This document shows positions 43,522 through 54,392 of a DNA stretch of 64,000 nucleotides, piece after piece; the first letter of the stretch is position 1, and every line of letters starts with the position of its first letter. A program made the position numbers and the translations under genes. The stretch lies in the sequence record NC_070981.1; one strand, written 5' to 3'. Under the pieces are notes generated by a model. It did not search any database, was not told the DNA's origin, and saw only the letters and a program-made list of their open reading frames with translations. Source of the DNA: Escherichia phage EK010.

Positions 43522-46521
43522 TTACCTTCGACCGCCAACAGCAAACTCTATAGTGAGTCCATTCATAGATGCATTACTGTTAACATCATTATCTATAACA
43601 TTATAGAATAGGTATGGATGGTTCAATCTTACTGACACATGACGGTCTACCCCAACCCTAAACTCTTTAGTTGAGTGATTATGTCCATACTCATTAGAGA
43701 ATTGACTTCCACCTGCTTCGAACATATAAGTGCCTGTTCCTGTCACTTGTGGTCTAAACCTGTTGATGTGTTTTTGATTCCATTCATTAGTGACATTATC
43801 AAAGTCAATACCAGTCCTCTCTAGCCTCATTTCTAAAGGCCTTTCTATGACTGTATCGTTTGATCTGTCATAAAAATAATCTAAAGCACCAACATCTACT
43901 TGATAGAACCCTCTCAAGAAAGAACCTACTATTGTAACCCTCTGACGGAAGTTTGTTGCATCCTTTCTCCAGACAAGTTTATCAATAGATGGATCATCCC
44001 AAGTGACTTCTTGAAAATCTGCCCAAATAGGACCACGCTCAAGAACAGGAGGATCAACCAAACCAATACAATAAGAGTGTGGAATAGTACGGAAAGACCA
44101 AGTATCAAATTCGTAGTTCCAAACAGCAGCTTTGGTACAAGCGAAACTCTCTTTTGGCTCTCCCGGTCCTACGTATAGAATCCAAACTTCTTTCTTATCT
44201 TGGTGTAGGTGAACTTTAGTAGCTATGGGATTAACTAAACAAATCTCATTGATTAGCATATTCTTAACACGATTGGAAGCAATTGACTTCTTAGATGCCC
44301 CATTATGAAGAATAACATCGTTCTGAGTAACTACAAAATGACCACCCTCTACTTCCACAACACATTCGGGAGCAAGAATTCCTGAATCGTTAAACAACTT
44401 CTTAAACATCAGAGGTTGATATGTGTTATTAGTGGGTGACCCAATGTATGTCTCAAATTCAGTGTAAACAAACAAATAGTCCTTCAGAGGTAACACTTCT
44501 ATAAGACTACCGTTCGAATCTGCAAGATCAATATACCCTGCATACCCATTCTCAAGAGCTTCAGTCTGTCCGACAATATTAGCAGCAAGATCAGAGCTGA
44601 CAGCCCTATCATATGCATAATCATCCCACAGCTCTGGAGCCTTGTTCTCTTCTGCAAAATTAGACCAACGAAGACGCAACGGGTAATGTGTTGTAACGCC
44701 AGAAGCATTAGATTCTCTCATATTCAGAGCAAACAATCTGTTGTTAAATGCACGAATGCGCTCACACTTCCAGTTATACTTCTTAACAGAAGGGTTCCCT
44801 GATGCATCTACTACTGTCTGTTCGCCCCATCCCGGCAAGTCAACAAAGTATTCAGAATCAAACTCTTTAACTTGAGGAGTTTCATAATGGGTGGTTGCAA
44901 CTGCACAGTTAGAGATGATAGTATGATACCACGGGTAATCTTCAAAAGCATCGTAGTCTTTTTGAACCATCTGACTTACAGTGCAGGTAACTTTCACTTC
45001 ACCCTTACGGAGAGCTGTGAGCTTGAGAGTAGGGCTACTAGTGTTGGTAGTAGACACATAACCACTCTTATCTACAGTCCATTTATAGGAATAGTTACCA
45101 GTCGGAGAAGCTGTTGCTGTCAATACAATCTCTTCACCAACATCCAGAGAGGCATCTATAATATCCAAAGTCACGCCACTTAAAGGAGGGTCATTAGCTA
45201 GAAGAGCAGCTCTGCCAAAACCTTCAAGGTCCATTACGTTAGAGTAGTCATAGAAATTGTTACCTTCTGCCATACCTGTTGTATCAATTCCAGTGTTCTC
45301 TGATGCAAAATATACCACATCTTCTTTCTCAATCACAGGCTCTTCTACCGGAGCTTCAGGAGTAATAGAGTAAGACAAAGAACGAGCCATTCTAGAAGCC
45401 AAACCAACTTGAACTTCACAAGTAGCGGTACGTTTACCTTCTACAGTTGTTGCCGTGATTTGAGTATACCCCGCTACTAGGCCAGTAATGGTTGCTTCTG
45501 TACTAGAACCACTAACAGTAGCAATGTTGGGGTTAGAACTTGTCCAAGTGATTGCTTTGTTAGGGGCATTGGCTGGATTAACCGTAGCTGTTAGTATGTA
45601 CTGAGTCCCCCTATTCATTGTTACATTCTCTTGACTTAAAGAGATGCTATCAATCTGAGGAATTGCAGAAACTACACAAGATGCAGTTTTTGTCCCATTA
45701 TCAGCTGTAATGGTTACGTTACCTTCTCCTGAAGCCCTCAACACTGCGGTTAAAGAGTTTGAGTTAGGAGTGACTGACACAATACTTGGATTAGAGCTTG
45801 TCCAAGTGACGCTTGGTTTTCCTGTAATAGCAGTAAGTGTTGAAGTTCCTCCTTTTCTCACTGTCAATGTATCCTGACTTAAGAAGATTCCAGAATCTCC
45901 ATCAATAATGTTAACTGCAATCTGAGTAGAAATGGATTCATCTGCCGTTCGAACTGTAACTACTAAATTACCCTCAACAGCTTTAGAAGTAAGAGTTGCT
46001 CTCTTAGAATCTGTAGGATCAACAACAATACTGCCATAGGCTGAGTTACTTACTGACCAAACTAGGTTAGTATTTTGTGCATCTTCTGGAGTTACACTAA
46101 CTTCCAAAACCTTTGTTTTATTGAAAGTCATAGAAACAGAGGATTCTTTAGGGGTAATAGAAGATACTACCGGATAAATCTTAAGTGTCGCTGTTGCTTT
46201 CTTAGTTGCTGTAGCAACCTTGCGACTGATGTCAGTAAGCCCTTCATCAGTTAATTTGTACAACTTCTTATCTGTACCAACTACAAGGAAACTGTTGCCA
46301 GCGCTATAATAGTCAAAAGGCATAGAGATGAAAGAGAGGGGGGTAAGCTCCTTATCTTCATCAACGTAAGAAAGAGGGGCATTGCCCCCCGTCTTAAAAA
46401 CCCTTTGCTCAACAAAACGAGCATTAATAGCGTTAGTGAAAGCATTTGGTGCTAAGTCAGTAGGTGCTTGGTCAGCGATAACCCCAACTGCCCCTAATGA
46501 TTTTATTGGATATAAAGCCAT
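43522..46521 (-). CDS. large tail protein with bacterial Ig-like (BIG2-type) repeats (999 aa)
   Basis: Repeated 'TWTSSNP.I..V' Ig-like modules; followed by UUCG terminator. Confidence 0.5.
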   Translation of the reverse strand: MALYPIKSLGAVGVIADQAPTDLAPNAFTNAINARFVEQRVFKTGGNAPLSYVDEDKELTPLSFISMPFDYYSAGNSFLVVGTDKKLYKLTDEGLTDISRKVATATKKATATLKIYPVVSSITPKESSVSMTFNKTKVLEVSVTPEDAQNTNLVWSVSNSAYGSIVVDPTDSKRATLTSKAVEGNLVVTVRTADESISTQIAVNIIDGDSGIFLSQDTLTVRKGGTSTLTAITGKPSVTWTSSNPSIVSVTPNSNSLTAVLRASGEGNVTITADNGTKTASCVVSAIPQIDSISLSQENVTMNRGTQYILTATVNPANAPNKAITWTSSNPNIATVSGSSTEATITGLVAGYTQITATTVEGKRTATCEVQVGLASRMARSLSYSITPEAPVEEPVIEKEDVVYFASENTGIDTTGMAEGNNFYDYSNVMDLEGFGRAALLANDPPLSGVTLDIIDASLDVGEEIVLTATASPTGNYSYKWTVDKSGYVSTTNTSSPTLKLTALRKGEVKVTCTVSQMVQKDYDAFEDYPWYHTIISNCAVATTHYETPQVKEFDSEYFVDLPGWGEQTVVDASGNPSVKKYNWKCERIRAFNNRLFALNMRESNASGVTTHYPLRLRWSNFAEENKAPELWDDYAYDRAVSSDLAANIVGQTEALENGYAGYIDLADSNGSLIEVLPLKDYLFVYTEFETYIGSPTNNTYQPLMFKKLFNDSGILAPECVVEVEGGHFVVTQNDVILHNGASKKSIASNRVKNMLINEICLVNPIATKVHLHQDKKEVWILYVGPGEPKESFACTKAAVWNYEFDTWSFRTIPHSYCIGLVDPPVLERGPIWADFQEVTWDDPSIDKLVWRKDATNFRQRVTIVGSFLRGFYQVDVGALDYFYDRSNDTVIERPLEMRLERTGIDFDNVTNEWNQKHINRFRPQVTGTGTYMFEAGGSQFSNEYGHNHSTKEFRVGVDRHVSVRLNHPYLFYNVIDNDVNSNASMNGLTIEFAVGGRR

Positions 46522-46532
46522 TATAGCCCTCC

Positions 46533-47336
46533 TTAGCTAATACGTCTCCAAATGTGTGCTGCTCGGAACGGAGGCAATGTGTTAATAGGTTGGCGAGATG
46601 TATCATCACGACCAAAACTAACAGAACCTGTGATTGTGTGTGAGTGAGTATTAGTGTCAGTCACCTGAGTGTAACCACTACCCGGACTATACCAGTTAGG
46701 GCTGCTGTTATGACCACTTGCATCACCTCGTCCCATTCTGATATTGTGTGAGTGGGAATAAGAACTAACTTGGAAACTAGAACCGTTGATTGTGGTTAGA
46801 GGGATATTATCAGCACGAATCGTATTGAATACGCGACCACCTGTACCACCTGCTTGAAATTCTACACGTTGGGCGTTAGGAACAGACCCATCAGGGTTAA
46901 CAACACCAGTACCCATAATAACACCTGTTACTTTGGCCCAAGAGCCAAAACCAAGAGATGCGGAATCACCCGGATTGATATCTTCTTCAGTGATGTAATA
47001 AGAACCAATACGGTACAACTTATTCTGCATCCAATTCAACATGAAAGCTTCCATCTGACCTTTGGTTACAGCATCTTTGTCTCCAGTTCCCGGAGTAAGA
47101 TTTTTAATCATAAGATTACCAACATCCATAGCATCACCAGTAAAAGTAATCTTCTCTGATAGAGCTTTAAAAGACTCAGAAGAGAGGTCTACCGGCTCTG
47201 TAATATTAGGGAATGTGTTAATCAAAACCTGCTTAATGAGGCGGAGTTGAGCCGCCCCTTCGTAAATGTAATCCCTGTCCCGAGGGTACAGAGGGTTTAA
47301 ATCGGTAGTCACTACCGCAGTTGTTTCGATAGCCAT
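46533..47336 (-). CDS. tail-collar-like fibre protein (267 aa)
   Basis: Gly/Ser/Thr-rich; sits between endolysin and tail protein. Confidence 0.4.
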   Translation of the reverse strand: MAIETTAVVTTDLNPLYPRDRDYIYEGAAQLRLIKQVLINTFPNITEPVDLSSESFKALSEKITFTGDAMDVGNLMIKNLTPGTGDKDAVTKGQMEAFMLNWMQNKLYRIGSYYITEEDINPGDSASLGFGSWAKVTGVIMGTGVVNPDGSVPNAQRVEFQAGGTGGRVFNTIRADNIPLTTINGSSFQVSSYSHSHNIRMGRGDASGHNSSPNWYSPGSGYTQVTDTNTHSHTITGSVSFGRDDTSRQPINTLPPFRAAHIWRRIS

Positions 47337-47348
47337 AAGGCACCTCCA

Positions 47349-47840
47349 TTAATATTTTCCTGTGGTGTATAGGTCTGCTTCTGCAACCCTACGATTGTGA
47401 AGTCCCGGACTCTGTTGTTTTACACCCTTAACAGTTATCTTATCCCAACGCAAGAATTCTGAATAAACATCACCCTTTACGTCCCCGTTAATCACTTTCC
47501 TAAGTTTTGAGGTTGATAGAGCACCACCACCAACATTAAAGTTGAACGAGGTGACAGCATCAAACTCATGGGCTAACATAGGAACTCTTATGTTTTTCTG
47601 AGTAGCACGAACAGAGTCTTGTGTGTCTCTATCTAGCAGAGCTAGACAATCCTCTATAGAATACGTTAATCCTTGTCTTACTGGATACCCATTCATATCG
47701 CGCGTAGCCCCTACACATATTGTCCAGATTCCAGCGGAGTCTTTATAGGCTTTAGTTCTCATGCCTTCATGTTTCATGATAAACTCCATACCGTCTGGAC
47801 TCAGGCTCATTTGTACAGGTGGCAATGCGATAGCGTCCAT
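47349..47840 (-). CDS. endolysin, T4-lysozyme-like (GH24)
   Basis: 'KHEGMRTKAYKDSAGIWTICVG' matches the T4 lysozyme catalytic E/D/T block; start at ATG 47840 with AAGGAG RBS (track start is TTG 47873). Confidence 0.65.
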   Translation of the reverse strand: MDAIALPPVQMSLSPDGMEFIMKHEGMRTKAYKDSAGIWTICVGATRDMNGYPVRQGLTYSIEDCLALLDRDTQDSVRATQKNIRVPMLAHEFDAVTSFNFNVGGGALSTSKLRKVINGDVKGDVYSEFLRWDKITVKGVKQQSPGLHNRRVAEADLYTTGKY

Positions 47841-47873
47841 CTTGACCTCCTTTTTGTTATTATGATAGGTCAA

Positions 47874-48092
47874 TTAAGGAAGAATTTTTCTCAGAGCTGA
47901 AGATTGAGCATCTGGGCAAATAACAACCAAATTATTTTGAATGGTCCTTTGTTTACATTGAGAACTGAGCTTCTCTACGGGAGCTTCTATAACAGAATGA
48001 GAGCTTACCGCATTTACAGGCACTGCCGTAGAAATCACAAAACCAGTCCCTAAGCAAGCAAGACCATAAGTTACTTGTTTCATCATTTTCAT
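47874..48092 (-). CDS. small membrane/secreted protein next to endolysin (candidate holin or spanin component)
   Basis: AAGGAG RBS 6 nt upstream; hydrophobic segment 'YGLACLGTGFVISTAVPV'. Confidence 0.35.
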   Translation of the reverse strand: MKMMKQVTYGLACLGTGFVISTAVPVNAVSSHSVIEAPVEKLSSQCKQRTIQNNLVVICPDAQSSALRKILP

Positions 48093-48161
48093 TTTCTTCT
48101 CCTTTTCGTTTTCCTTTTGGATATAGTAGTTTCATTACTTATTCACCAGTTTCACTCCTAA

Positions 48162-48179
48162 AAGCCCCCGAAGGGGCTT
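48162..48179 (-). terminator. terminator-like hairpin (UUCG tetraloop) after tail fibre 2
   Basis: minus-strand AAGCCCC-UUCG-GGGGCUU then UU. Confidence 0.45.
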
Positions 48180-48182
48180 ATC

Positions 48183-50339
48183 TCACTTCTCTGCTAACTT
48201 CGCTTCTAGAACTTCAATACGCTTCAGCAGATCTTGAACAACCTGCATGGTATCTAAAAGCATTGGAGTTGCATCCAACTCTTTCTGTTCCTGCTCTACC
48301 CCATCGTTGTCATGGAATTTACGAGTTTTAACATAAAGAGGTTCAACTTTCTCTGCCTGCTGTGCAATGATACCACGACGAGTTCTTCCTTGATTATCAT
48401 TGTTGTACACAAACGATTTGAAATCCAAACCTTTTATCGCACGAATTGCTTCATCAGGAGAGATATCTTGGATGTTATGTTTCAACCTTTCATCAGATAC
48501 AGGATTCATAGCAAGAGTATAAGTTCCAGCGGAGCCGGGCTGCCATGTGTAATAGAAAATCTCATTTCTGTTTGGTCGAAGGGTTAAACGACACCCGAAT
48601 TGGTTATTTTCATCACCAGAGACATGCCAACAGGAATCAGCAAAAGATCCAGCATCATTGTGAATCATCCCTACATGGGTAGTAGTTTTGTATCCACCTT
48701 GAGATGCTTGGGAAGCACTCAGTATAGAGTTAAAAGAGTAGTTAGCACCAATCCCTTGGTTATCTATAGAAAACGTCCCTCTGCGAATTCCTGTTTCGTT
48801 CCAAGACATCAATGTTCTAGACCGAGCAGCATACCTATCAGAGTTCAGGGTTCCAGAATCGTCAAAAGCTAATTGCTTGGTAACACCTTTGGTTTTATTA
48901 TAAACACCAATAATCCCATAATAAACTCCGTCGATATAAGCATCAGTTTGGAGCGTAGTAGAAGCCTCTACTTCTGAACCAATTTTATATTCAGCAACAA
49001 CAGAACCACTAGTTACTCGAGTTCCACCAGCAGGACGGTTTGCATCACTATTAATAACTGACCAAGAAGTGTTAGCTGCTACAAAAGCACCTTTAGCTCT
49101 GATAACCCAAACGCCGATGAATGAATTTGTTCTAACCTCAGAAACGTCGTCCTTACCGTAGACCGGACTTGAGCGCGATGCGTCGAGCCTGAATGAGATA
49201 TACCTAGTCCCAGCTTCGGGGGTTGTTAGATTTAGCACCCCTTGAGCAACTGGTGTAGGGAAGTAAACGGCCCCTCCTTGTTGCGCATTGTTGTAGGCAT
49301 AAGATTGCCACTGACCAGTTATATTTGGCGCGGCGGCCTCGTGGATCTTTCTGGTGAAATCTCCTGACCCACGACCATATAGACCCTTTATACTTCCCGG
49401 TTGAACACCATTCTTATCAGGAACTCGGAATGTGGTAGAGCCATCGCCTAGTGAATATTGAGACCTTTTCAGAGGATCTGCCAGCCAATCAGCATCAGAG
49501 ATAGGTGTTATCATTTGCGCGTATGCCCAAAGCTCTGGATAATCTGTACGAGAAAGAAGTTGACCATCTGACGGGATATCATTAGATGGGATATAAGCTC
49601 TACTGTCAATTAAACGGAAATCACCAATGTTGAAATTGGAGATACCATTCATTGTAGGGCCACCAGAACCTCCACCACTGTTACGAAGCTGCCTTAGTGT
49701 AACTGCATCATAGTCACCTACAGCATCTGCTACAGTAACCGGTTGCTGAAAGGTAACTTTCTCGGTAAATTGTTTGATATCAGAGTTGATACCAGTTCGA
49801 GTTACACCAATGGTGCGTCCTTTGGAATCTTTTACATAGGAACCGATTGAAGCGAAAGGTAAATCCTCGATCTCAGGACGATAACGTTTAGAGTAAATAG
49901 GATACTTGGTTTCTATACCACCATCATTCAAATCTACAACCTGAAGACGACCAGCAGAATGCACTTCTACTCCTTGAACAGAAGAGGCATAGCTCCCAAT
50001 CTTAATTGCGTTCTCTGGTGTAACTTTAATCATATCTACAGATTCTACACCATTAGCCCCTTCTGACCGGAAAGGTACATCATTAGCTACAAATGGATCA
50101 GCTTTGAATAAAGCACCTTCCATAACAGGGTCAATAGCATTCGTAACATACTGCTTGGTTGCACCTTCTGTCTTGGTCATATAAGTTGCGCTTGCATCAG
50201 ATTTCTGAAGGTATTTATCTGTCAGGTCAATAGCACCAGCAACACCATCTACAGTAGACACACCCACCACAGCAGCATCACGAGTCACAACTACATGTGG
50301 CATCATAATGCCAGATTTGGGCATTAATTCTCTAGACAT
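48183..50339 (-). CDS. tail fibre protein 2 (718 aa) with collar region and C-terminal chaperone-like domain
   Basis: Shares 'FT.K.TFQQPVT..DAVGDYDAVT.RQL...MNGISNFNIGDFRL' block and C-terminal '...LEAKLA.K' region with fibre 1. Confidence 0.6.
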   Translation of the reverse strand: MSRELMPKSGIMMPHVVVTRDAAVVGVSTVDGVAGAIDLTDKYLQKSDASATYMTKTEGATKQYVTNAIDPVMEGALFKADPFVANDVPFRSEGANGVESVDMIKVTPENAIKIGSYASSVQGVEVHSAGRLQVVDLNDGGIETKYPIYSKRYRPEIEDLPFASIGSYVKDSKGRTIGVTRTGINSDIKQFTEKVTFQQPVTVADAVGDYDAVTLRQLRNSGGGSGGPTMNGISNFNIGDFRLIDSRAYIPSNDIPSDGQLLSRTDYPELWAYAQMITPISDADWLADPLKRSQYSLGDGSTTFRVPDKNGVQPGSIKGLYGRGSGDFTRKIHEAAAPNITGQWQSYAYNNAQQGGAVYFPTPVAQGVLNLTTPEAGTRYISFRLDASRSSPVYGKDDVSEVRTNSFIGVWVIRAKGAFVAANTSWSVINSDANRPAGGTRVTSGSVVAEYKIGSEVEASTTLQTDAYIDGVYYGIIGVYNKTKGVTKQLAFDDSGTLNSDRYAARSRTLMSWNETGIRRGTFSIDNQGIGANYSFNSILSASQASQGGYKTTTHVGMIHNDAGSFADSCWHVSGDENNQFGCRLTLRPNRNEIFYYTWQPGSAGTYTLAMNPVSDERLKHNIQDISPDEAIRAIKGLDFKSFVYNNDNQGRTRRGIIAQQAEKVEPLYVKTRKFHDNDGVEQEQKELDATPMLLDTMQVVQDLLKRIEVLEAKLAEK

Positions 50340-50356
50340 ATTTAATTCTCCTTAAA

Positions 50357-50372
50357 GCTCCCCGAAGGGAGC
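50357..50372 (-). terminator. hairpin (UUCG tetraloop) between the two tail fibre genes
   Basis: minus-strand GCUCCC-UUCG-GGGAGC followed by UUU and the AAGGAG RBS of fibre 2. Confidence 0.4.
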
Positions 50373-50381
50373 ATTGTTAGT

Positions 50382-53300
50382 TTATTTAGCAGCCAACTTA
50401 GCTTCTAACTCTTCCACTTTCTCAGACAAGCACTTAATTGCTGCAAGAGCATCAAGTAAAAGAGGGTTAGTGTCGAGAGTCATAACTCCACTTTTTTCCG
50501 CACTATGAACATACTGAGGGTCAACCTGTTCTGCCTGTTGTGCAATAACCCCTCGACGTGGAGATTTCTTCTCATCACTCTTATATGTAAAGTTCTTAAA
50601 CTCAAGAGCTTTAATATTACTTAGAGCGACATTTAAATCCAAATCATCACCAATATCTTTAACATTCGCGTCAGAGGTTCCAGCATTCTGAAGAGTTGTC
50701 CACGGAAGGTTGGTTTTGAGTTCTTTTGGATTATTGTTTATGGTGTTAGTTCTAACATAAGCCGAACCATTCAAGCTTATCCAAAACTGGCAGATTCTGT
50801 TTACGGCATAAGAAGTTTGGAAACCTCCCCCATTTGCAGCTGCCCACGGCGAATTACCATCCGAGTCTGTTATGAACTGGTTATAGTTAGAATCAGGTAA
50901 CACTGTACCACCCTGAACACCAACACCATAATCATCTTTAACTAAAACACGACCTTTGGGAGTCTCTATATTCCCCGCTTCAGTGAAATCAAAAGTTGTA
51001 CCTTTCGAAGAAGTTTTGTTATAAACTCCAATTCTTGCAGAGTATGAACCACCAACAGTGCCTTGCATTTTGAACTCAGCTGACCCTTCTGGTTCTGTGC
51101 CAACCCTATAATCGGATACCAAGTTGCCACCTGTAATGGTTGTACCGTCCGACGGTCTTATGTCATCACTATTAATAACAGACCAAGAAGTATTAGCTGC
51201 AATGAAAGCACCCTTAGCACGAATTACCCATACGCCTATGAAGTTGTTAGGTCTCAGTTCTGATACAGTCCTGCCATAAATAGGGTTGGATTTAGATGCA
51301 TCAAAATCAATATTTACATAAGACCCATTTATGGCATTTGTTCCGCCGATAGGAGTTAAAGTGGTAGTCTGTGGTGAGAAGGAACCCCTACCACGAACAG
51401 ATCCACCAGAACCCCAACCAGACAGCATAGTGACCTCGGGTGTTCCTGTTATATTAGGAGCTCCTGATGAAAAAACAGCTCCATCATTACCGCTGTTACC
51501 GCTATCACCTCTCCCGAATAACCCTGCTATGGAATTAGCCTGAACCCCGTTTCGGTCAGGGACACGGAAAGTTGTAGAACCGTCACCCAAAGAATATTTA
51601 CCTCTTTTTTCCGGAGAAGCTAACCAATCGTCATCACTGATTGGGGTTAATAGCTGGGCGTAAGCCCAAAGCTCTGGATAATCAGCACGGGTAAGGAGTT
51701 GACCATCTGATGTTATATCACTTGAGTGGATAAAAGCACGACTGTCTACTAGTCGGAAGTCGCCAATATTGAAGTTGGAGATACCATTCATTGTAGCCCC
51801 ACCACCGCCACCACCTTGGTTTTTCAACTGACGATAGGTAACAGCATCATAATCACCAACAGCATCAGGAATAGTAACCGGTTGCTGGAAAGTAGCTTTC
51901 TGTGTAAACGTTTTAAGATCAGAGTTTACACCGTCAGTAGTTACAGCAGCAGCACCTATCGCAGCAGGTGTTGGCTTATTGTTCTCTGCATAGAACAAAT
52001 AGTCCCCAGAGGGTGTTGACAGATAAGGTACACTAGAACTAGCAATAACTGTACGGGCTAAGTGATCACCAAACACAGATGAATCTGAACCACTTCTAGA
52101 AACCATGTTGACTTGACTGCTGTCATCTTTAATACGTCTTAAAGAGATTCCATTGTTCAGAACCAAGTTACCATCCATGATACCACCAGCTTTGGCAATA
52201 GCTCCAATTGTTGCAGGGGTGAGATTTACATTACCAGTGTTGTCATTAGGGGATAACCCATTAACTGTTACAATATAAGGCTTCTGAGCTTGCACTTGGC
52301 CTTTGTATTCAGTATCTGTAGCCGAGTTAGGAGATCGAATTGTTTCACCACCAGTCCAGTCTGGGAGTCGGATGTTAACATAGTTAGTAGAATCTGCATC
52401 AGTAATACCGTCAGCTTGCTTACCCCAAGAGAAGTATTGCTTAGCACCTGCTTGCCATTCTGTTTCACTGACAACAGGGAGCTGACCACTGAGTAAAGAT
52501 GGACCCAAATCTGCTGCCGATTCTTTAGAAACAAGACGACCATCAGCAGGAAGAATCCCGGGATATGAAATATTCTTAGCTGGGTCATAGGGGAACATTA
52601 CCATTTCACCAAGATACAGAGAAGGGTTTCCTGTAGGAATGGTGATATCAATGTTACCAGTGGAGTCTGGGATTCTAGAGTTAACAGTAACAACGCGAGG
52701 TTCTGTTTTCAAAGGCTCTAAGATTTTATCAGAAGCCACGGTGTAGAATGAATACTTAGTATCTTCCCAAACTAGAATTGTCTCACCAGCCTTTCGGTTA
52801 ATCGCATCAGCATCAGCATCAGCTTTAGTATTATAGGCTTTGATGAACCTGTCAACTTTCTTGTCGGTTTCTTCTTTACTGTAAGAAGCTACGTTTTCTA
52901 CGTTATCTAGACCTACCGTGCTTTTGTCAATGGTTAAAGAGACGCTACCACTTTCAGCAGGTCCACCATTAACACTGATATCCCTAACAGATGGGATTAG
53001 GTTTGCGATGTTTTCCAAAGTGGTTTTATGGACTGTATTATCAGTTTGGTCTACGTAAAAACCCAAATCCCCAGCAACAGGAACACCAGTATCAACAGTG
53101 TTTAAGTCTTTAACCGATCCATCTTTACCCGGAAGACCCTCAGGAATACCAAGGCTGATCTTACCAGTGGTAGGGTCAAACTCACCAGTAGCAGGCTGTC
53201 CCGGACTTAAAGTTGTTACCTCAACAGTCATCCCTAACAAGATATCCAGCTGTTTGTCAACCTCTACCAGTTTTTGATTAATTAGTGCAATAGCGTTATT

Positions 53301-53603
53301 AGCATTAGCAACGGCAGCATTAGACTGAGCAATAAGTTGCATCAAACGAGCGTCTTGATCTTTGAAGTCTTGCTTAAGAGCTTCAATATCCTCACGTAAC
53401 AGAATCCCTTGTTGATAAAGTTTTTCCACTTCTGCAATCAGATCATCAACCGTACCAAATTTAGCCTCTGCCAATAGTGACCAATATTTAGCATCAGCAG
53501 CATATTCAGCTGCTTGCTTATAGGCTCCAATAGAGCCTTCTGTTGCACCAAACTGACCAACGTTGTTAGGATTAGTTGGCTCTTGGTTGTTATAAACGAT
53601 CAT
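50382..53603 (-). CDS. tail fibre protein 1 (1073 aa) with collar region and C-terminal chaperone-like domain
   Basis: Same conserved blocks; divergent central region. Confidence 0.6.
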   Translation of the reverse strand: MIVYNNQEPTNPNNVGQFGATEGSIGAYKQAAEYAADAKYWSLLAEAKFGTVDDLIAEVEKLYQQGILLREDIEALKQDFKDQDARLMQLIAQSNAAVANANNAIALINQKLVEVDKQLDILLGMTVEVTTLSPGQPATGEFDPTTGKISLGIPEGLPGKDGSVKDLNTVDTGVPVAGDLGFYVDQTDNTVHKTTLENIANLIPSVRDISVNGGPAESGSVSLTIDKSTVGLDNVENVASYSKEETDKKVDRFIKAYNTKADADADAINRKAGETILVWEDTKYSFYTVASDKILEPLKTEPRVVTVNSRIPDSTGNIDITIPTGNPSLYLGEMVMFPYDPAKNISYPGILPADGRLVSKESAADLGPSLLSGQLPVVSETEWQAGAKQYFSWGKQADGITDADSTNYVNIRLPDWTGGETIRSPNSATDTEYKGQVQAQKPYIVTVNGLSPNDNTGNVNLTPATIGAIAKAGGIMDGNLVLNNGISLRRIKDDSSQVNMVSRSGSDSSVFGDHLARTVIASSSVPYLSTPSGDYLFYAENNKPTPAAIGAAAVTTDGVNSDLKTFTQKATFQQPVTIPDAVGDYDAVTYRQLKNQGGGGGGATMNGISNFNIGDFRLVDSRAFIHSSDITSDGQLLTRADYPELWAYAQLLTPISDDDWLASPEKRGKYSLGDGSTTFRVPDRNGVQANSIAGLFGRGDSGNSGNDGAVFSSGAPNITGTPEVTMLSGWGSGGSVRGRGSFSPQTTTLTPIGGTNAINGSYVNIDFDASKSNPIYGRTVSELRPNNFIGVWVIRAKGAFIAANTSWSVINSDDIRPSDGTTITGGNLVSDYRVGTEPEGSAEFKMQGTVGGSYSARIGVYNKTSSKGTTFDFTEAGNIETPKGRVLVKDDYGVGVQGGTVLPDSNYNQFITDSDGNSPWAAANGGGFQTSYAVNRICQFWISLNGSAYVRTNTINNNPKELKTNLPWTTLQNAGTSDANVKDIGDDLDLNVALSNIKALEFKNFTYKSDEKKSPRRGVIAQQAEQVDPQYVHSAEKSGVMTLDTNPLLLDALAAIKCLSEKVEELEAKLAAK

Positions 53604-53612
53604 AATCTCTCC

Positions 53613-54359
53613 TTAACTGTAATGTTTAATTCCGTATAATTCACGAGAGCTGTGAAGACGGTCGATAGTTCGAGGGATAACTAGAGGAGAACCTGAATAC
53701 TCAGCTTTCTTACTCTGTTCAACTACTTCATCTAAGATGGCTTTCCCTAAAGCCGACCACTTCTGAACCCCATTATCATCTTGAACAAACAAGCTTGCAT
53801 GACGTAATGTGAAATATAGAAGAAGCTCTGGAGCTATTGTTAAAATTGCACTTGTATCAGAATCCTCATGAAACTCCGGAGGGTCTGCATAATAGCTAAG
53901 AATTACCGAATTCTCCGCTGGAATAAGAGGGCTTCCATCATCAGGGTAGACCGGAGTATCGGCGTTGATGGCTGGGTAGAACAGGAACCGACTTCCCAAC
54001 CTAGTAAAACTCACTTCTCCCTGATTCCAGTTAGTTGGGTTTACTGAGTTATTTCTTTTCAGCCAATCTAACTCTTCTGGAGAAGTTACTCGGAACATAT
54101 GTCCATTACTTGCTCTCATCATCCACTGAGCTTCTAAGTAGTCTGGTGGAATAAAAGCCACACCATCTTTAATATCTAAATATACTTCTTTTTCCAGAGG
54201 AGGAATTCGTAAGTTACGATAGATTTCTTTCTCTGCAAAGTTAATAAAGTTTGGAATCTGATTAACAAATTCATCATCATCCCTGTCAGCCCAGAGGGAC
54301 ACAGCTTTCTTGAGCCATCCGTAGGTATTGATGGGATATTGAACGTCAGGCATTGCCAT
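53613..54359 (-). CDS. virion protein (248 aa; candidate head-tail connector/adaptor)
   Basis: Position between capsid module and fibres; TAATGTATT motif 33 nt upstream. Confidence 0.4.
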   Translation of the reverse strand: MAMPDVQYPINTYGWLKKAVSLWADRDDDEFVNQIPNFINFAEKEIYRNLRIPPLEKEVYLDIKDGVAFIPPDYLEAQWMMRASNGHMFRVTSPEELDWLKRNNSVNPTNWNQGEVSFTRLGSRFLFYPAINADTPVYPDDGSPLIPAENSVILSYYADPPEFHEDSDTSAILTIAPELLLYFTLRHASLFVQDDNGVQKWSALGKAILDEVVEQSKKAEYSGSPLVIPRTIDRLHSSRELYGIKHYS

Positions 54360-54392
54360 AACTTGTCCTCCTAGTTGTGTATAGACAAAGAG

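Noticed and set aside
47953-48135. Minus-strand ORF (60 aa) overlapping the small membrane-protein gene
   Set aside because: It is the Lys/Glu-rich alternative reading of the purine-rich RBS region of ORF 47874-48092, which has the proper AAGGAG spacing; no independent support.
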